From a virus (Duplodnaviria; Caudoviricetes): DNA of 41,159 bases. The position numbers and the translations under genes were made by a program. The stretch is taken from IMG/VR virus record IMGVR_UViG_3300030333_004009, positions 1 through 41,159 of that record; one strand, given 5' to 3'. Below, piece by piece: positions 17,475 through 27,343 of the stretch. How positions within the stretch are numbered: position 1 is the first letter of the stretch; every line of letters begins with the position of its first letter. Below the pieces are notes generated by a model that had not been told where the DNA came from, made no database searches, and saw only the letters and a list, made by a program, of their open reading frames with translations.

Positions 17475-17946
17475 AAAAGAACTACTAGACGACTACTATG
17501 ATATTATTCTTTATCTGTCGGCTAAGTTTAATAATTTAGTACCCACAATCCCTCTAGAGGATTTAATGCAGGTTTCATTTCTTGGTGCAATAAACGCCAT
17601 CAGAAACTATAACCCTGAAATCGGGCCACTTAGGAACTATGTGTTTTCAAGCTCCAAGAACTACATCTTAAGGTTTTTGTCTAAAGAAAAGTTCTGGGCA
17701 GAAAAGGTAAAGCTTGGGCTAGCTGACTTTGCGGAAGTTCAAGAGGACAAAGAATATGCCTTGATGGTAAGAGATATTATAGATAAAGCATCAAACAAAC
17801 TTTTACCTATTGAACATAAGCTACTTCTTTATAAATCTCTAGGCTCTACACGAAAAGACATATGCGACTCTCTGCATCTTACAAAGAGAGAGTACTACGA
17901 CTTATTTTATTCTGCGATAGGAAAAGTTCAACTCAATGAGACGTAA
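17461..17946 (+). CDS. Sigma-70-like factor (regions 2 and 4 only)
   Basis: EDLMQVSFLGAINAIRNYNPEIG (region 2) and LLPIEHKLL...GSTRKDICDSLHLT (region 4 HTH); about 161 aa. Confidence 0.75.
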   Translation: MVKTEKELLDDYYDIILYLSAKFNNLVPTIPLEDLMQVSFLGAINAIRNYNPEIGPLRNYVFSSSKNYILRFLSKEKFWAEKVKLGLADFAEVQEDKEYALMVRDIIDKASNKLLPIEHKLLLYKSLGSTRKDICDSLHLTKREYYDLFYSAIGKVQLNET

Positions 17947-19576
17947 AAAAATACTATTTTGCACTGAAGCATCACACCTACCTACAGGATATTCAGTTTA
18001 CACAAAAGAGGTACTTTCTAGATTGCATCAAGATCCAGCATTTGAAGTTGCGGAGCTTGCGTGTTACTGCGATCAGGCATCAATAGACCCAAATACTCCT
18101 TGGAAAATATATGCAAATCAGCCAGTCAAGGGATCTGCAGAGTGGGATGACTATAAGTCATATCCCAGCTATCAGTTTGGAGAATATACATTTAATCAAG
18201 TACTACTAGATTTCCTGCCAGACTTTGTTATGGATATCAGAGATTGGTGGATGGTAGAATTCCAGCAGAGGTCTACCTTTAGAAACCATTTTCATTGGGC
18301 TCTGATGCCTACGGTGGATGCCTATCCTCAAAACAAGCAGTGGATAGAAACCTTCTCTACTGCGGATTCCGTATTCGCATACTCCGAGTTTGGAAAAAGG
18401 ACACTAACTAACCAGTGTGATTCTCTAAACTTTATCGACATAGCCTCTCCTTGTGCAAGTGGCAGCTTTTCCCCAGTAGCTAACAAGAAGGCGCACAGGG
18501 AAAGTATGGGTATTGGCGGGGAGCCGTTCATTATAGGAACCGTGATGCGCAACCAAAGGAGAAAACTTTACCCAGATCTATTTAAAGTCTTCAGGGAGTT
18601 TTTGGACGCCACCAAAGATCCGCAATGTTTTTTATATTGTCATACATATTATCCAGATGTTGGATGGGAGATACCAGACCTACTACAGGAATACGGACTA
18701 ACCAACAGGGTTCTTTTTACTTACAGATGTAAAAAATGTGGAGACGTATCACCAACGTTTTTCAGCGACTCTATACAGGCATGTAAGGCCTGCAATAACT
18801 TCTCCAAAGAGCTAGTAGGTGTAAATAACAAAATAGAAGAAAAAGATTTGGCGAGAGTTTATAATCTGTTCGATGTCTACATTCAGTATGCAAATAGTGA
18901 AGGCTTCGGTATGCCTCAATTAGAGGCCGTCCAGTCTGGACTTCCTCTCTTAGCGATAGATTATTCTGCTATGGAATCCGTAGTAAAAAATGTAGGGGCT
19001 ATCCCGCTAAAACCATTAGCTTTAACTAGAGAATGTGAGACTGGTTGCCATAGAGCTATCCCCAACAATGATGCCACCTTGGTCAAGCTTATTGAGCTTT
19101 ACAGTAAAGATAGAGAGAGTCTAAGAAAGATGGGGACGCAGATGCGAGAGAACTGTCTCAATCACTACAGCTGGGATAAAACTGCAAAAATATGGTCTGA
19201 TTTCTTTCATAGTACTCCAGTCAGAGACATATCTGAAACTTGGTTGTCACCACCAAAAATTGTAGAACCTGCAGCCAGTGTCCCTGAAGGACTAACTCCA
19301 AATGACCAAGCCAACTTCTTATTTGAACACGTTCTACACACGCCTGAAGCGATAGGCAACTACCAGTGGAAGAGGCTTGTCAAAGACTTGACTTACAAGT
19401 GCTCGGCTAGTAGTACTATTCCGGGATACTATTTTAATGAATCTCATATTGATAACAATGTCCAGACATGGGCTAGATTCACTGTAAAAGAAGCGTATGA
19501 ATCGCTTGTCCAAATGAGAAATCTACATAATAGATGGGAAACCATAAGGGCGCAACAATTAAACTTGAGGTCTTAA
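17936..19576 (+). CDS. GT-B glycosyltransferase (GT4-like) with zinc-ribbon insertion
   Basis: PTGYS N-terminal loop, RNQRRK, EGFGMPQLEA; internal CKKC...CKAC. Confidence 0.88.
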   Translation: MRRKKILFCTEASHLPTGYSVYTKEVLSRLHQDPAFEVAELACYCDQASIDPNTPWKIYANQPVKGSAEWDDYKSYPSYQFGEYTFNQVLLDFLPDFVMDIRDWWMVEFQQRSTFRNHFHWALMPTVDAYPQNKQWIETFSTADSVFAYSEFGKRTLTNQCDSLNFIDIASPCASGSFSPVANKKAHRESMGIGGEPFIIGTVMRNQRRKLYPDLFKVFREFLDATKDPQCFLYCHTYYPDVGWEIPDLLQEYGLTNRVLFTYRCKKCGDVSPTFFSDSIQACKACNNFSKELVGVNNKIEEKDLARVYNLFDVYIQYANSEGFGMPQLEAVQSGLPLLAIDYSAMESVVKNVGAIPLKPLALTRECETGCHRAIPNNDATLVKLIELYSKDRESLRKMGTQMRENCLNHYSWDKTAKIWSDFFHSTPVRDISETWLSPPKIVEPAASVPEGLTPNDQANFLFEHVLHTPEAIGNYQWKRLVKDLTYKCSASSTIPGYYFNESHIDNNVQTWARFTVKEAYESLVQMRNLHNRWETIRAQQLNLRS

Positions 19577-19580
19577 TAAA

Positions 19581-20687
19581 ATGAAAGTTGTATATATAGG
19601 AAACTACAAAGACGGAACCGGATGGGCTAATGCTTGTATAAACAATATATTAGCGCTAGACTCTGCCGGAGTAGATGTTGTCCCGAGAGCTATCAATTTT
19701 AATGGAGCCAATGCAGAAGTTCCGGAGAGGATATTAGAACTTGAGTCTAATACATCTTTAGGATCAGATATCTGCATTCAGCATACTCTTCCGCATCTAT
19801 ATGTTTACGACAGAAGATTCAAGAATATAGGGTTCTATGTCACCGAGACACATTCCTTCTCCGATTCGATGTGGCAGAAAAGCATAAACCTTATGGATGA
19901 GGCTTGGGTTCCTAACAAACAAATGGTAAAAGCATCTCAAAGAAGCGGCGTCAAAGTTCCCATCAGGATTGCTCCTCATTCTTTAGATATGTCTAAATAT
20001 GACAATGTTGAGTCCACAGCTAGCGCCCCAGAATTAGAGGGCACCTTCAATTTCTGTTTTGTCGGAGAAATGAGCAAGAGAAAGAACATAGAAGCCTTAC
20101 TAAGAGCTTTTCATACTGAATTTCATCCCTCTGAACCTGTGAATATATTATTTAAAGTTCACAAATCAGGCTACGACAGTGACCAAAGCCTATCTTTATT
20201 TAGAGAACTCTCCAGCCATGTAAAGAGATCTTTGAAGACAGGAAAGAAATATAAAGAGGAAGTTGTGATAGCCGGTTATTTGGAGCACCAACATCTACAC
20301 TCCTTAATGAAACAGGCCCACTGCTTTGTAATGCCCAGCTTTGGGGAAGCGTGGTGCATACCGGCTATGGAAGCTATGGCTTTGGGTATGCCGGTTATTT
20401 ACACTCAAGGAACAGGAATGGATGACTTTTGCGTAGGTTTTCCCGTCGAATCTACACTACAGCCTTGCTATGAAGCAACGGACACCCTAGATAGTTTGTA
20501 TACGGCAGATTCAAAATGGATGGAACCGGACGTGTCTGACCTCGCAGCTAAGATGAGGATTGCGTATCAGCAGTATAGCACAGACAAAAAAGCTTACGAT
20601 AACTTATGTCAAAACGCTAAACATGGCGCATCGTCGTATGATACAGCTACTATTGGGCGTCAATTAAAGGAGCTATTAGATGGTTAG
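19581..20687 (+). CDS. GT-B glycosyltransferase (GT4-like)
   Basis: GTGWA, RKNIEALLRAF, PSFGEAWCIPAMEAMALGMPVI. Confidence 0.9.
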   Translation: MKVVYIGNYKDGTGWANACINNILALDSAGVDVVPRAINFNGANAEVPERILELESNTSLGSDICIQHTLPHLYVYDRRFKNIGFYVTETHSFSDSMWQKSINLMDEAWVPNKQMVKASQRSGVKVPIRIAPHSLDMSKYDNVESTASAPELEGTFNFCFVGEMSKRKNIEALLRAFHTEFHPSEPVNILFKVHKSGYDSDQSLSLFRELSSHVKRSLKTGKKYKEEVVIAGYLEHQHLHSLMKQAHCFVMPSFGEAWCIPAMEAMALGMPVIYTQGTGMDDFCVGFPVESTLQPCYEATDTLDSLYTADSKWMEPDVSDLAAKMRIAYQQYSTDKKAYDNLCQNAKHGASSYDTATIGRQLKELLDG

Positions 20688-21693
20688 TAATGCAACACAA
20701 GAGTCAGTCAGATCAATATTGAGAAGATGTTTTGCCCCAGAAAGTAAGCTTAACATCCTGACATTTTGCACTCATGAAAGGTACGAACAGAACTTATGCA
20801 TGACAGGACATGAGTTCTATTCTATTAAGCATGGAAAAACTTGGAATAGAGATTACGGAATAGTCCCAAAGAATTATCACGAGATAGTAGAAGTTCCTAC
20901 CCATATCAACTTTGATCTGATACTGTCACATACGAGCTGTGAAAGAATAGCCATAGCGAAGGAACTACAATCAATCTATAATATACCAATTATACGGCAC
21001 ACCCATGTACTTCCTGATATCAGGTTTGATGTTTCCAATCAGGTTCAAAGTTTTAACGCTATACCAGTGGATCATGATAGTTTTATATCTAGATACAATA
21101 TGGGAGCTTGGGGCAAACACGAATCTGCAAACTGCACATTCGTTGAACATGGTATAGACACGGAATTTTGGGATAAAGGCATTGAGAAAGATAGAGATAA
21201 TGTTTGCCTTTCCGTAGTCAATGATTGGCCTAACAGAGACTGGTGTTGCGGTTGGAATCTGTGGAATGAGATAGTGAGTGGGGGAGATTCTCAACTTCCT
21301 GTTAAAGTTCTTGGAGACAGTCCCGGCTTTTCAAAACCTGCCGAGACGACGGAAGCGCTTCGTGATGCTTACAAAAGTTCTTCCATATTTCTGAACACTT
21401 CTATACATTCTCCAGTTCCTACAGTCCTCATGGAAGCTATGGCTTGTGGATGTGCTATAGTTAGCACTAACAACTGCATGATACCAGAAATCATAACGCA
21501 TGGAGAAAATGGTCTTCTAGCTAATTCAGCCGACGAACTGAGGGAACATTGTTTGTATCTCCTTCATAATCCCGACGAAGCTAGAAAACTTGGCGAAAAT
21601 GCAAAAGCCACAATACAAGATACCTTCAGCTTAAAAAGATTCACTAATAGTTGGAATGAATTATTCACAACAGTAATACAAAATTATAGGTAG
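20680..21693 (+). CDS. GT-B glycosyltransferase (GT4-like)
   Basis: HGIDTEFW, SPVPTVLMEAMACGCAIVST, ITHGENGLL. Confidence 0.9.
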   Translation: MVSNATQESVRSILRRCFAPESKLNILTFCTHERYEQNLCMTGHEFYSIKHGKTWNRDYGIVPKNYHEIVEVPTHINFDLILSHTSCERIAIAKELQSIYNIPIIRHTHVLPDIRFDVSNQVQSFNAIPVDHDSFISRYNMGAWGKHESANCTFVEHGIDTEFWDKGIEKDRDNVCLSVVNDWPNRDWCCGWNLWNEIVSGGDSQLPVKVLGDSPGFSKPAETTEALRDAYKSSSIFLNTSIHSPVPTVLMEAMACGCAIVSTNNCMIPEIITHGENGLLANSADELREHCLYLLHNPDEARKLGENAKATIQDTFSLKRFTNSWNELFTTVIQNYR

Positions 21694-21697
21694 AAAA

Positions 21698-22132
21698 ATG
21701 AAAATATTATTATCACATATAAAACCAGAAGATTCCGGGGCTCATACTTGGATACAAGACATAAATAATATAGACATGTTTGTTGAAAATTCTGAGGCTA
21801 CGGAAATTATAGTTGACAATTTTTTAACTGCCTACAACTATAGTAGTATAGGTTCTTTAGTAGCTAAGATAGCGTCAAAACTCAGGCTGAATGGCAAGAT
21901 CATTGTATATCAACAGGATATTGACTTTGTTTGCCACCAATACAATAAGACTGGTATTGACATACAAGACCTGAACGACTTATTATTTAATGGGGGTATA
22001 CCAATGTATTCCGCTTTGAACGCAGAAGTAGTGTCAGATCTCCTGAAGTCAACAGGTCTAACAGTAGAGCAGAAGCAAATTAACACCCAGAACATGCAAA
22101 GCATTATAGTAGCGAGGAGAGATCATGTATAA
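21698..22132 (+). CDS. Hypothetical protein, degenerate SAM-methyltransferase-like
   Basis: EATEIIV...KLRLNGKIIVY...LLKSTGL resembles class I MTase motifs, but no Gly-rich motif I is visible. Confidence 0.5.
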   Translation: MKILLSHIKPEDSGAHTWIQDINNIDMFVENSEATEIIVDNFLTAYNYSSIGSLVAKIASKLRLNGKIIVYQQDIDFVCHQYNKTGIDIQDLNDLLFNGGIPMYSALNAEVVSDLLKSTGLTVEQKQINTQNMQSIIVARRDHV

Positions 22133-22946
22133 AGTCAAAACAAACTGTGAGGGATGCCTCTTTGCCGAGTACGATAAAAAAGGCAAGGAGCAGGTAGCCT
22201 GCAAGCTGGGTAGAATTCCCACCTTTAATCCCACTTTTACAAAAGAAAAGAAAGACAAAGATTCTAAAAAATGTTTTGTTTTTGATAGATTTTGTAACAC
22301 TTACAGACCGGATGAATGGCTCAACCATTTAACAGAAGAAGAGAAAAAAGATCTAAAGGCAACCGCTATGAACGAAGTTTGCCCACGAATGGGGTTCTTC
22401 ATCTTTCTTAGAGATTCTAGCGAGAATGCAATCTCAGATATGAAAAAACGTTTAGGTGAGCTAAAGACACAAACTATGGGCTCTCCGAGATACATATGTA
22501 TTATTAATCCTAAAGTAGAATACAATGAAGAGCTTCAAGAGTTATTAGCCTCTAACTTTGATTTTGAGGAGACTGAGTATCATATTGTGCTAAGCTTAGT
22601 AGAGTCTGGAGACCTCTCTTTGATTGATGAAGCGTTCAAGCATGGCAAGAATGGCTGGGTTTATGTCGGCTCATCCAATGAAGAAATAAGAACAGACATT
22701 ATCGAGAAGGTCCATAATCGCATCAATATTGAGCTGCGTAGACTTGTAGTTATTGAACCGTATGACAAAAACAATAATGGCTTTATATTCCAAACTGCCA
22801 TATATAAACTTTTAGGAGGAAACAGTGTATTCACTGTAGAGGGAGAAGACCAAGAAGTAACCTTCAGGGAAAAGTTGAGCGAGATGGAGATTGTAGATCC
22901 AGACCTCGTTTCGTCTTGGGAGGACTTCATAAATGGAACTCCCTAA
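22125..22946 (+). CDS. Hypothetical protein with Cys-rich N-terminus
   Basis: CEGC...C...C...C in the first ~60 aa; remainder alpha/beta, possibly degenerate GT-A (weak). Confidence 0.7.
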   Translation: MYKVKTNCEGCLFAEYDKKGKEQVACKLGRIPTFNPTFTKEKKDKDSKKCFVFDRFCNTYRPDEWLNHLTEEEKKDLKATAMNEVCPRMGFFIFLRDSSENAISDMKKRLGELKTQTMGSPRYICIINPKVEYNEELQELLASNFDFEETEYHIVLSLVESGDLSLIDEAFKHGKNGWVYVGSSNEEIRTDIIEKVHNRINIELRRLVVIEPYDKNNNGFIFQTAIYKLLGGNSVFTVEGEDQEVTFREKLSEMEIVDPDLVSSWEDFINGTP

Positions 22947-23757
22947 AGTAGCAATAATAATCAGCAACTACAACTATGGAAAATATGTAGTAGAAGCGAT
23001 AAAAAGCGCTTTAAATCAGGACTATGAGGGTGACATCCGTGTTGTGGTTGTAGATGATGGATCTTCAGACGGGTCTTGGGAGATGCTTAATGAGCACTTT
23101 GAAGACGACTGGACTTCTGGTACAGATGAACATCAGGTATCTACTCCATACTATAGTGGGCCGATGAAATTTTTTGTATGTGACGATCTTGACCTCTGGG
23201 TATTTAACATTAGGAACTCTGGAGCTAGCACTGCTAGGAATGTCGCCATTTGGGAAGCGTGGCAATGGGCAGACTACTTTGCTATTTTAGATGCCGACGA
23301 CATGTACGATCCGTCAAAAGTAAAAAAACATGTAGACAAGATGATGGAGCACGACGAATTAGGGGTGACTTATTCCGACTACGTAATTCATAGAACTGTC
23401 AACGGCTCGAATTATAACAAGTATGAGTATAAGTATCCCTACTCAAGGGATGAGCTACGCAGGCAATGTATAGTGCATAGCGCTGGAGTTATAAAGAAAG
23501 GCTTTCTAGAATCAGTAGTCAACCTAGAAAATAAAGAATTTTATAATAGCGCTCTACATGGACCCGGAAGTCAAGAATTTATAGGATGTACTGAGGACTA
23601 TGATTTATGGTTGAGGCTATCCGACGTATGCATGATGTCTCACATCCCTGAACCCTTATCAATAGTTAGAGAAACAGGGCAAAACCAGTCAATGAAGATG
23701 ACTCCGGAAATATTCCAGAATAATGCTGCAATAATTTCTGGAGGACAAAATGCCTAG
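22933..23757 (+). CDS. GT2 family glycosyltransferase
   Basis: IIISNYNYGKYV, VVVDDGSSDGS, ARN, LDADD, EDYDLWLRL. Confidence 0.93.
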   Translation: MELPKVAIIISNYNYGKYVVEAIKSALNQDYEGDIRVVVVDDGSSDGSWEMLNEHFEDDWTSGTDEHQVSTPYYSGPMKFFVCDDLDLWVFNIRNSGASTARNVAIWEAWQWADYFAILDADDMYDPSKVKKHVDKMMEHDELGVTYSDYVIHRTVNGSNYNKYEYKYPYSRDELRRQCIVHSAGVIKKGFLESVVNLENKEFYNSALHGPGSQEFIGCTEDYDLWLRLSDVCMMSHIPEPLSIVRETGQNQSMKMTPEIFQNNAAIISGGQNA

Positions 23758-24466
23758 ATATACTAGAGTAATCAAAAAAGAGGCTCATTCTACAACTGTT
23801 GGAATACTCTCTGCTGGTATAGGAAATAAAATTAAATCCTATGAGCCCAGAAGTCTAATAAAGGTTGGTTCCGACAGTCTACTATCTTATCAGGTTAACC
23901 TCATTAACAATCTATTCACCGCTCCGGAAATAATTGTAGGCGTAGGTGTAGGCGCTAATAAAATCATGAAAAAAGGATACCCCAAAGATAGCGTTAGATT
24001 GGTAGAAAACCAAAACTATTCTAGCACGGGATCATTTGAAACACTCAGACTAGTCGTTAATAATTGCACAACTGATACACTACTAATAATGCATGGAGAT
24101 TTATATTTCAATGCAGCGACTTTGGATAGTTTGGACTACTCCAAATCATTTGTCATAGTTGACAGTAGTGGAATGCTGAGCAAGAAAGAAGTAGGTGTAA
24201 CATCCGTGAGAGACAAAGCCACTATATTATCTCATGGACTGCCGATGAAATGGGGACAAATAGCATATTTCTGCGGAAAAGAATTTCAGCTACTAAAAAA
24301 CGTATGCAACAAGGCTTCTGAAGATACGAAGAAATTTTTGAGTTTTGAAGCTCTCAATATGGTGATAAATAAAGGGGGCAATCTTTACACTGTAGAGCCC
24401 AAAGGTATGTCAATATTAGAAATAGATTGTATGAAGGATTTAAAGAATGAAGATTTTAATATCTAG
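23750..24466 (+). CDS. Nucleotidyltransferase (NTP_transferase, LicC-like)
   Basis: ILSAGIGNKIKSYEPRSLIKV, VENQNY, MHGDLYF, EIDCMKDL. Confidence 0.8.
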   Translation: MPRYTRVIKKEAHSTTVGILSAGIGNKIKSYEPRSLIKVGSDSLLSYQVNLINNLFTAPEIIVGVGVGANKIMKKGYPKDSVRLVENQNYSSTGSFETLRLVVNNCTTDTLLIMHGDLYFNAATLDSLDYSKSFVIVDSSGMLSKKEVGVTSVRDKATILSHGLPMKWGQIAYFCGKEFQLLKNVCNKASEDTKKFLSFEALNMVINKGGNLYTVEPKGMSILEIDCMKDLKNEDFNI

Positions 24467-25499
24467 CGACGGTCGCCACGCTCATTACTACCAAAGGACG
24501 GCATTAGCTAGAGCGTTTAGAGCTGCGGGGCATGAGGCATCCTTATGGGATTGTCATACTATGAGTGCCTTTGATGCTTTTGATACATTTGAACCTGATA
24601 TTTTTTTGGGACAAGCGTATAATCTAACTAACTCGCTTATGAAGTGTATATACGAAAGACCTCACCTGAAGATCGGATTAAGGTCAGGAGACTGGGGAGA
24701 TATTACTCCAGACCCAAGACTTAATGTGTTATACGCTACCGAGGAGCAGATTAGACTGCTAGAAAAGCTGAAGAATGAAACTGGCCAGCCAGACTTTGTT
24801 CACATACATTACGATCAAGCGGCTATGGATATAACTCACTCCAAGTACAAAGACATTGGTGTAGATGCTAAGTCTTTGATTATGTGTGCTGATGTCGAAG
24901 AGTATATAGACTCAGAACATAAGGACAACCTTGCCTGTGATATTGGTTTTGTGGGAGGGTATTGGCCATATAAAGGTCTAATTATAGATGCCTATTTAAC
25001 GCCACTCTGTGACCCAGTGGGTAACTACAATATTAAAATATTCGGTAATCAGCCTTGGACTAATGTGAATCAGTACTGCGGCGTGATAGGAGACTCCGAT
25101 GTTAAAAACCTCTTCGCCTCTGCTAAAATATGTCCAAATCTAAGCGAGCCGCATGCCCATGAATACGGCTTTGATATCAATGAAAGATGTTTTAAAATAT
25201 TGTGTGCGGGAGGCTTCTGCATATCCGATAATATAACATCTATAAGAAATATATTTCATGGCAACGGTGTAGTTTTTGCAGACTCTCCGTCTGACTTCAA
25301 AGATAAGGTCAACCATTACTTAGAAAATAAGGAAGAAAGAGATGAGATTAGCAGGACGGGAAAACAGTTTGTTCTTAATAACCACACTAACTTCCATAGA
25401 GCCGCCGAAGTATTTAGATACTTTGGGTTTAAACAAGAGGCAGACAAAATGATAACCGGATGGGGTCATGCTAAGGAGCAATTCAATGTACAAAGATAA
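24447..25499 (+). CDS. CgeB-like GT-B glycosyltransferase
   Basis: CDIGFVGG, SAKICPN, NERCFKILCAGGFCISD, VLNNHTNFHRA. Confidence 0.82.
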   Translation: MKILISSDGRHAHYYQRTALARAFRAAGHEASLWDCHTMSAFDAFDTFEPDIFLGQAYNLTNSLMKCIYERPHLKIGLRSGDWGDITPDPRLNVLYATEEQIRLLEKLKNETGQPDFVHIHYDQAAMDITHSKYKDIGVDAKSLIMCADVEEYIDSEHKDNLACDIGFVGGYWPYKGLIIDAYLTPLCDPVGNYNIKIFGNQPWTNVNQYCGVIGDSDVKNLFASAKICPNLSEPHAHEYGFDINERCFKILCAGGFCISDNITSIRNIFHGNGVVFADSPSDFKDKVNHYLENKEERDEISRTGKQFVLNNHTNFHRAAEVFRYFGFKQEADKMITGWGHAKEQFNVQR

Positions 25500-26442
25500 A
25501 AAAATTCTAATAACAGGCGGAACAGGGTTCTTAGGAAAGGCTGTTGTAGATACACTGCGATCACAAGGCTATACTAACTTGTTGCCAATAGGTAGCTCTG
25601 TTGATCTCACATGTTCGCAAGAAACTTTTGATTTCTTCAAACACAAGAAGCCTGATGCGGTCATCCATCTAGCCGCCACTGTTGGAGGGATTGGAGCGAA
25701 CAAAGACAATCCCGGATTATTTATATATAATAACTTAGTCATGGGCACCAACACCATCGAAGCATCTAGAATCAATAAGATTGAGAAATTCGTAATGGTC
25801 GGTACTGTTTGCGCGTATCCTAAGTTTACGCCTGTCCCGTTTAAAGAGGAGGATATGTGGAATGGATATCCAGAAGAAACAAATGCACCATACGGAATTG
25901 CGAAGAAGGCACTTATGCAGCTTGTGCAATCATATCATGAGCAGTACGACTTTAACGGTGTTAATCTCATTCCTGTTAATATGTACGGGTCTCATGACAA
26001 CTTTGATCCTGCCATAAGTCATGTAATTCCAGCACTGATACTAAGATTTCACAAAGCTATGAAGTTTGATTTAGAGTCAGTAGAAGTTTGGGGGACTGGC
26101 AATGCTAGTAGAGAATTCTTACATGTTAACGATTGTGCTAATGCTATAGCACTTTCTCTCGAAAAAGATGTTTCTCCAGAGCCAATAAATATAGGCACTG
26201 GCGGTGAGATACAAATAAAATATCTTGCCCATACTATCGCAGAAATAATGGGCTATAAAGGAGCTATATACTTTAACTCTGATTATCCAGATGGTCAGCC
26301 TAGAAGACAGCTAGATATCACCAGAGCCAAAGAACGACTGGGTTATGAGCCAAAAATTGACTTGCTAGAAGGACTGGAAAGCACTATAGATTGGTTTAAT
26401 GACAACACAGAGGAGTTCGATGTTTACCTCAATCGTATTTAG
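25486..26442 (+). CDS. fcl: GDP-L-fucose synthase family epimerase/reductase (Fcl/ColC-like)
   Basis: TGGTGFLG, HLAATVGGIGAN, CAYPK, YGIAKK, NMYGSHDNFD, SHVIPALI, WGTGNASREFLHV, PDGQPRR. Confidence 0.93.
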   Translation: MYKDKKILITGGTGFLGKAVVDTLRSQGYTNLLPIGSSVDLTCSQETFDFFKHKKPDAVIHLAATVGGIGANKDNPGLFIYNNLVMGTNTIEASRINKIEKFVMVGTVCAYPKFTPVPFKEEDMWNGYPEETNAPYGIAKKALMQLVQSYHEQYDFNGVNLIPVNMYGSHDNFDPAISHVIPALILRFHKAMKFDLESVEVWGTGNASREFLHVNDCANAIALSLEKDVSPEPINIGTGGEIQIKYLAHTIAEIMGYKGAIYFNSDYPDGQPRRQLDITRAKERLGYEPKIDLLEGLESTIDWFNDNTEEFDVYLNRI

Positions 26443-27343
26443 TAAAGACAGACCTCTGCAACTTGATCTATGTTTACAAAGTATAAAAAAGAACTTTTTT
26501 GCTGACAGTCGGATTTTAGTTTTATATACTACATCTAAGGGTTACGATAAAAGTTATGAGCAATTAATCACTGAACATCCTTCGGTTATGTTTCTTAAAC
26601 AGAGCCATAATATATTTGATGACATACAGAGCATCGTAAGTTCCAAATATTTTGATGGCATGTCTGAAACCTATCGTGCGGTATACTCTGATCCATTTAA
26701 ATATGTGACTTTTTTCACAGACGATGATATTATCTACAAAGATCTTGGGATCACAGAGGAAGATGTAAGCTTGGCATTTGAAAACGACGCATGCTGTATT
26801 TCCCTAAGACTTGGCGCGAACACGACAATGAGGGATTATGGCGACGGCGTCCTCAGAAGAGATGCCGTTCCGTCGGAGGTGATGAGATTGGGTAATCTAC
26901 TTGCTTGGAATAGAACTTCAATCCCTATTGGCGGATATTGGGCTTACCCACTCTCTGTAGATGGCCACATATTTAAGGTTAGTCATATTAAAAAATTCCT
27001 CGATGAGCTATGCGTGCTTAATACCCATTACTCTAACTTGGGAATGCCTAGAGCAAAGCATGCTTGGAGTCAAACCCCGAATGAATTTGAATCAAAACTT
27101 CAGAGGTTTTTCTTCGACCTGCCGCCACTGATGACCTGTACTGAGTATAGTGCTGTAGTTAATTCGCCAAACAACAGAGTGCAAAACACTGCAGCGAATA
27201 GAAGTGGAGATGTATATAATTATACAGCTCTAGATCTGAAGGACGAATTTGACGAAGGACGAAGAATCAAACTAGATGATGTCACTATAGAAAATATAGT
27301 ATGTCCCCACCAAGAAATAAATATATTAGAGGGTTTATCATGA
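26420..27343 (+). CDS. GT-A (GT2-like) glycosyltransferase
   Basis: IVFSKDRPLQLDLCLQS, FFTDDD DxD motif, YPLSVDGHIF. Confidence 0.65.
   Translation: MFTSIVFSKDRPLQLDLCLQSIKKNFFADSRILVLYTTSKGYDKSYEQLITEHPSVMFLKQSHNIFDDIQSIVSSKYFDGMSETYRAVYSDPFKYVTFFTDDDIIYKDLGITEEDVSLAFENDACCISLRLGANTTMRDYGDGVLRRDAVPSEVMRLGNLLAWNRTSIPIGGYWAYPLSVDGHIFKVSHIKKFLDELCVLNTHYSNLGMPRAKHAWSQTPNEFESKLQRFFFDLPPLMTCTEYSAVVNSPNNRVQNTAANRSGDVYNYTALDLKDEFDEGRRIKLDDVTIENIVCPHQEINILEGLS

Noticed and set aside
17936-21693. T4-style DNA glucosylation system as a firm call
   Set aside because: No hydroxymethylase, TET/JBP or other base-activating gene is visible in the window; it remains only an alternative hypothesis.
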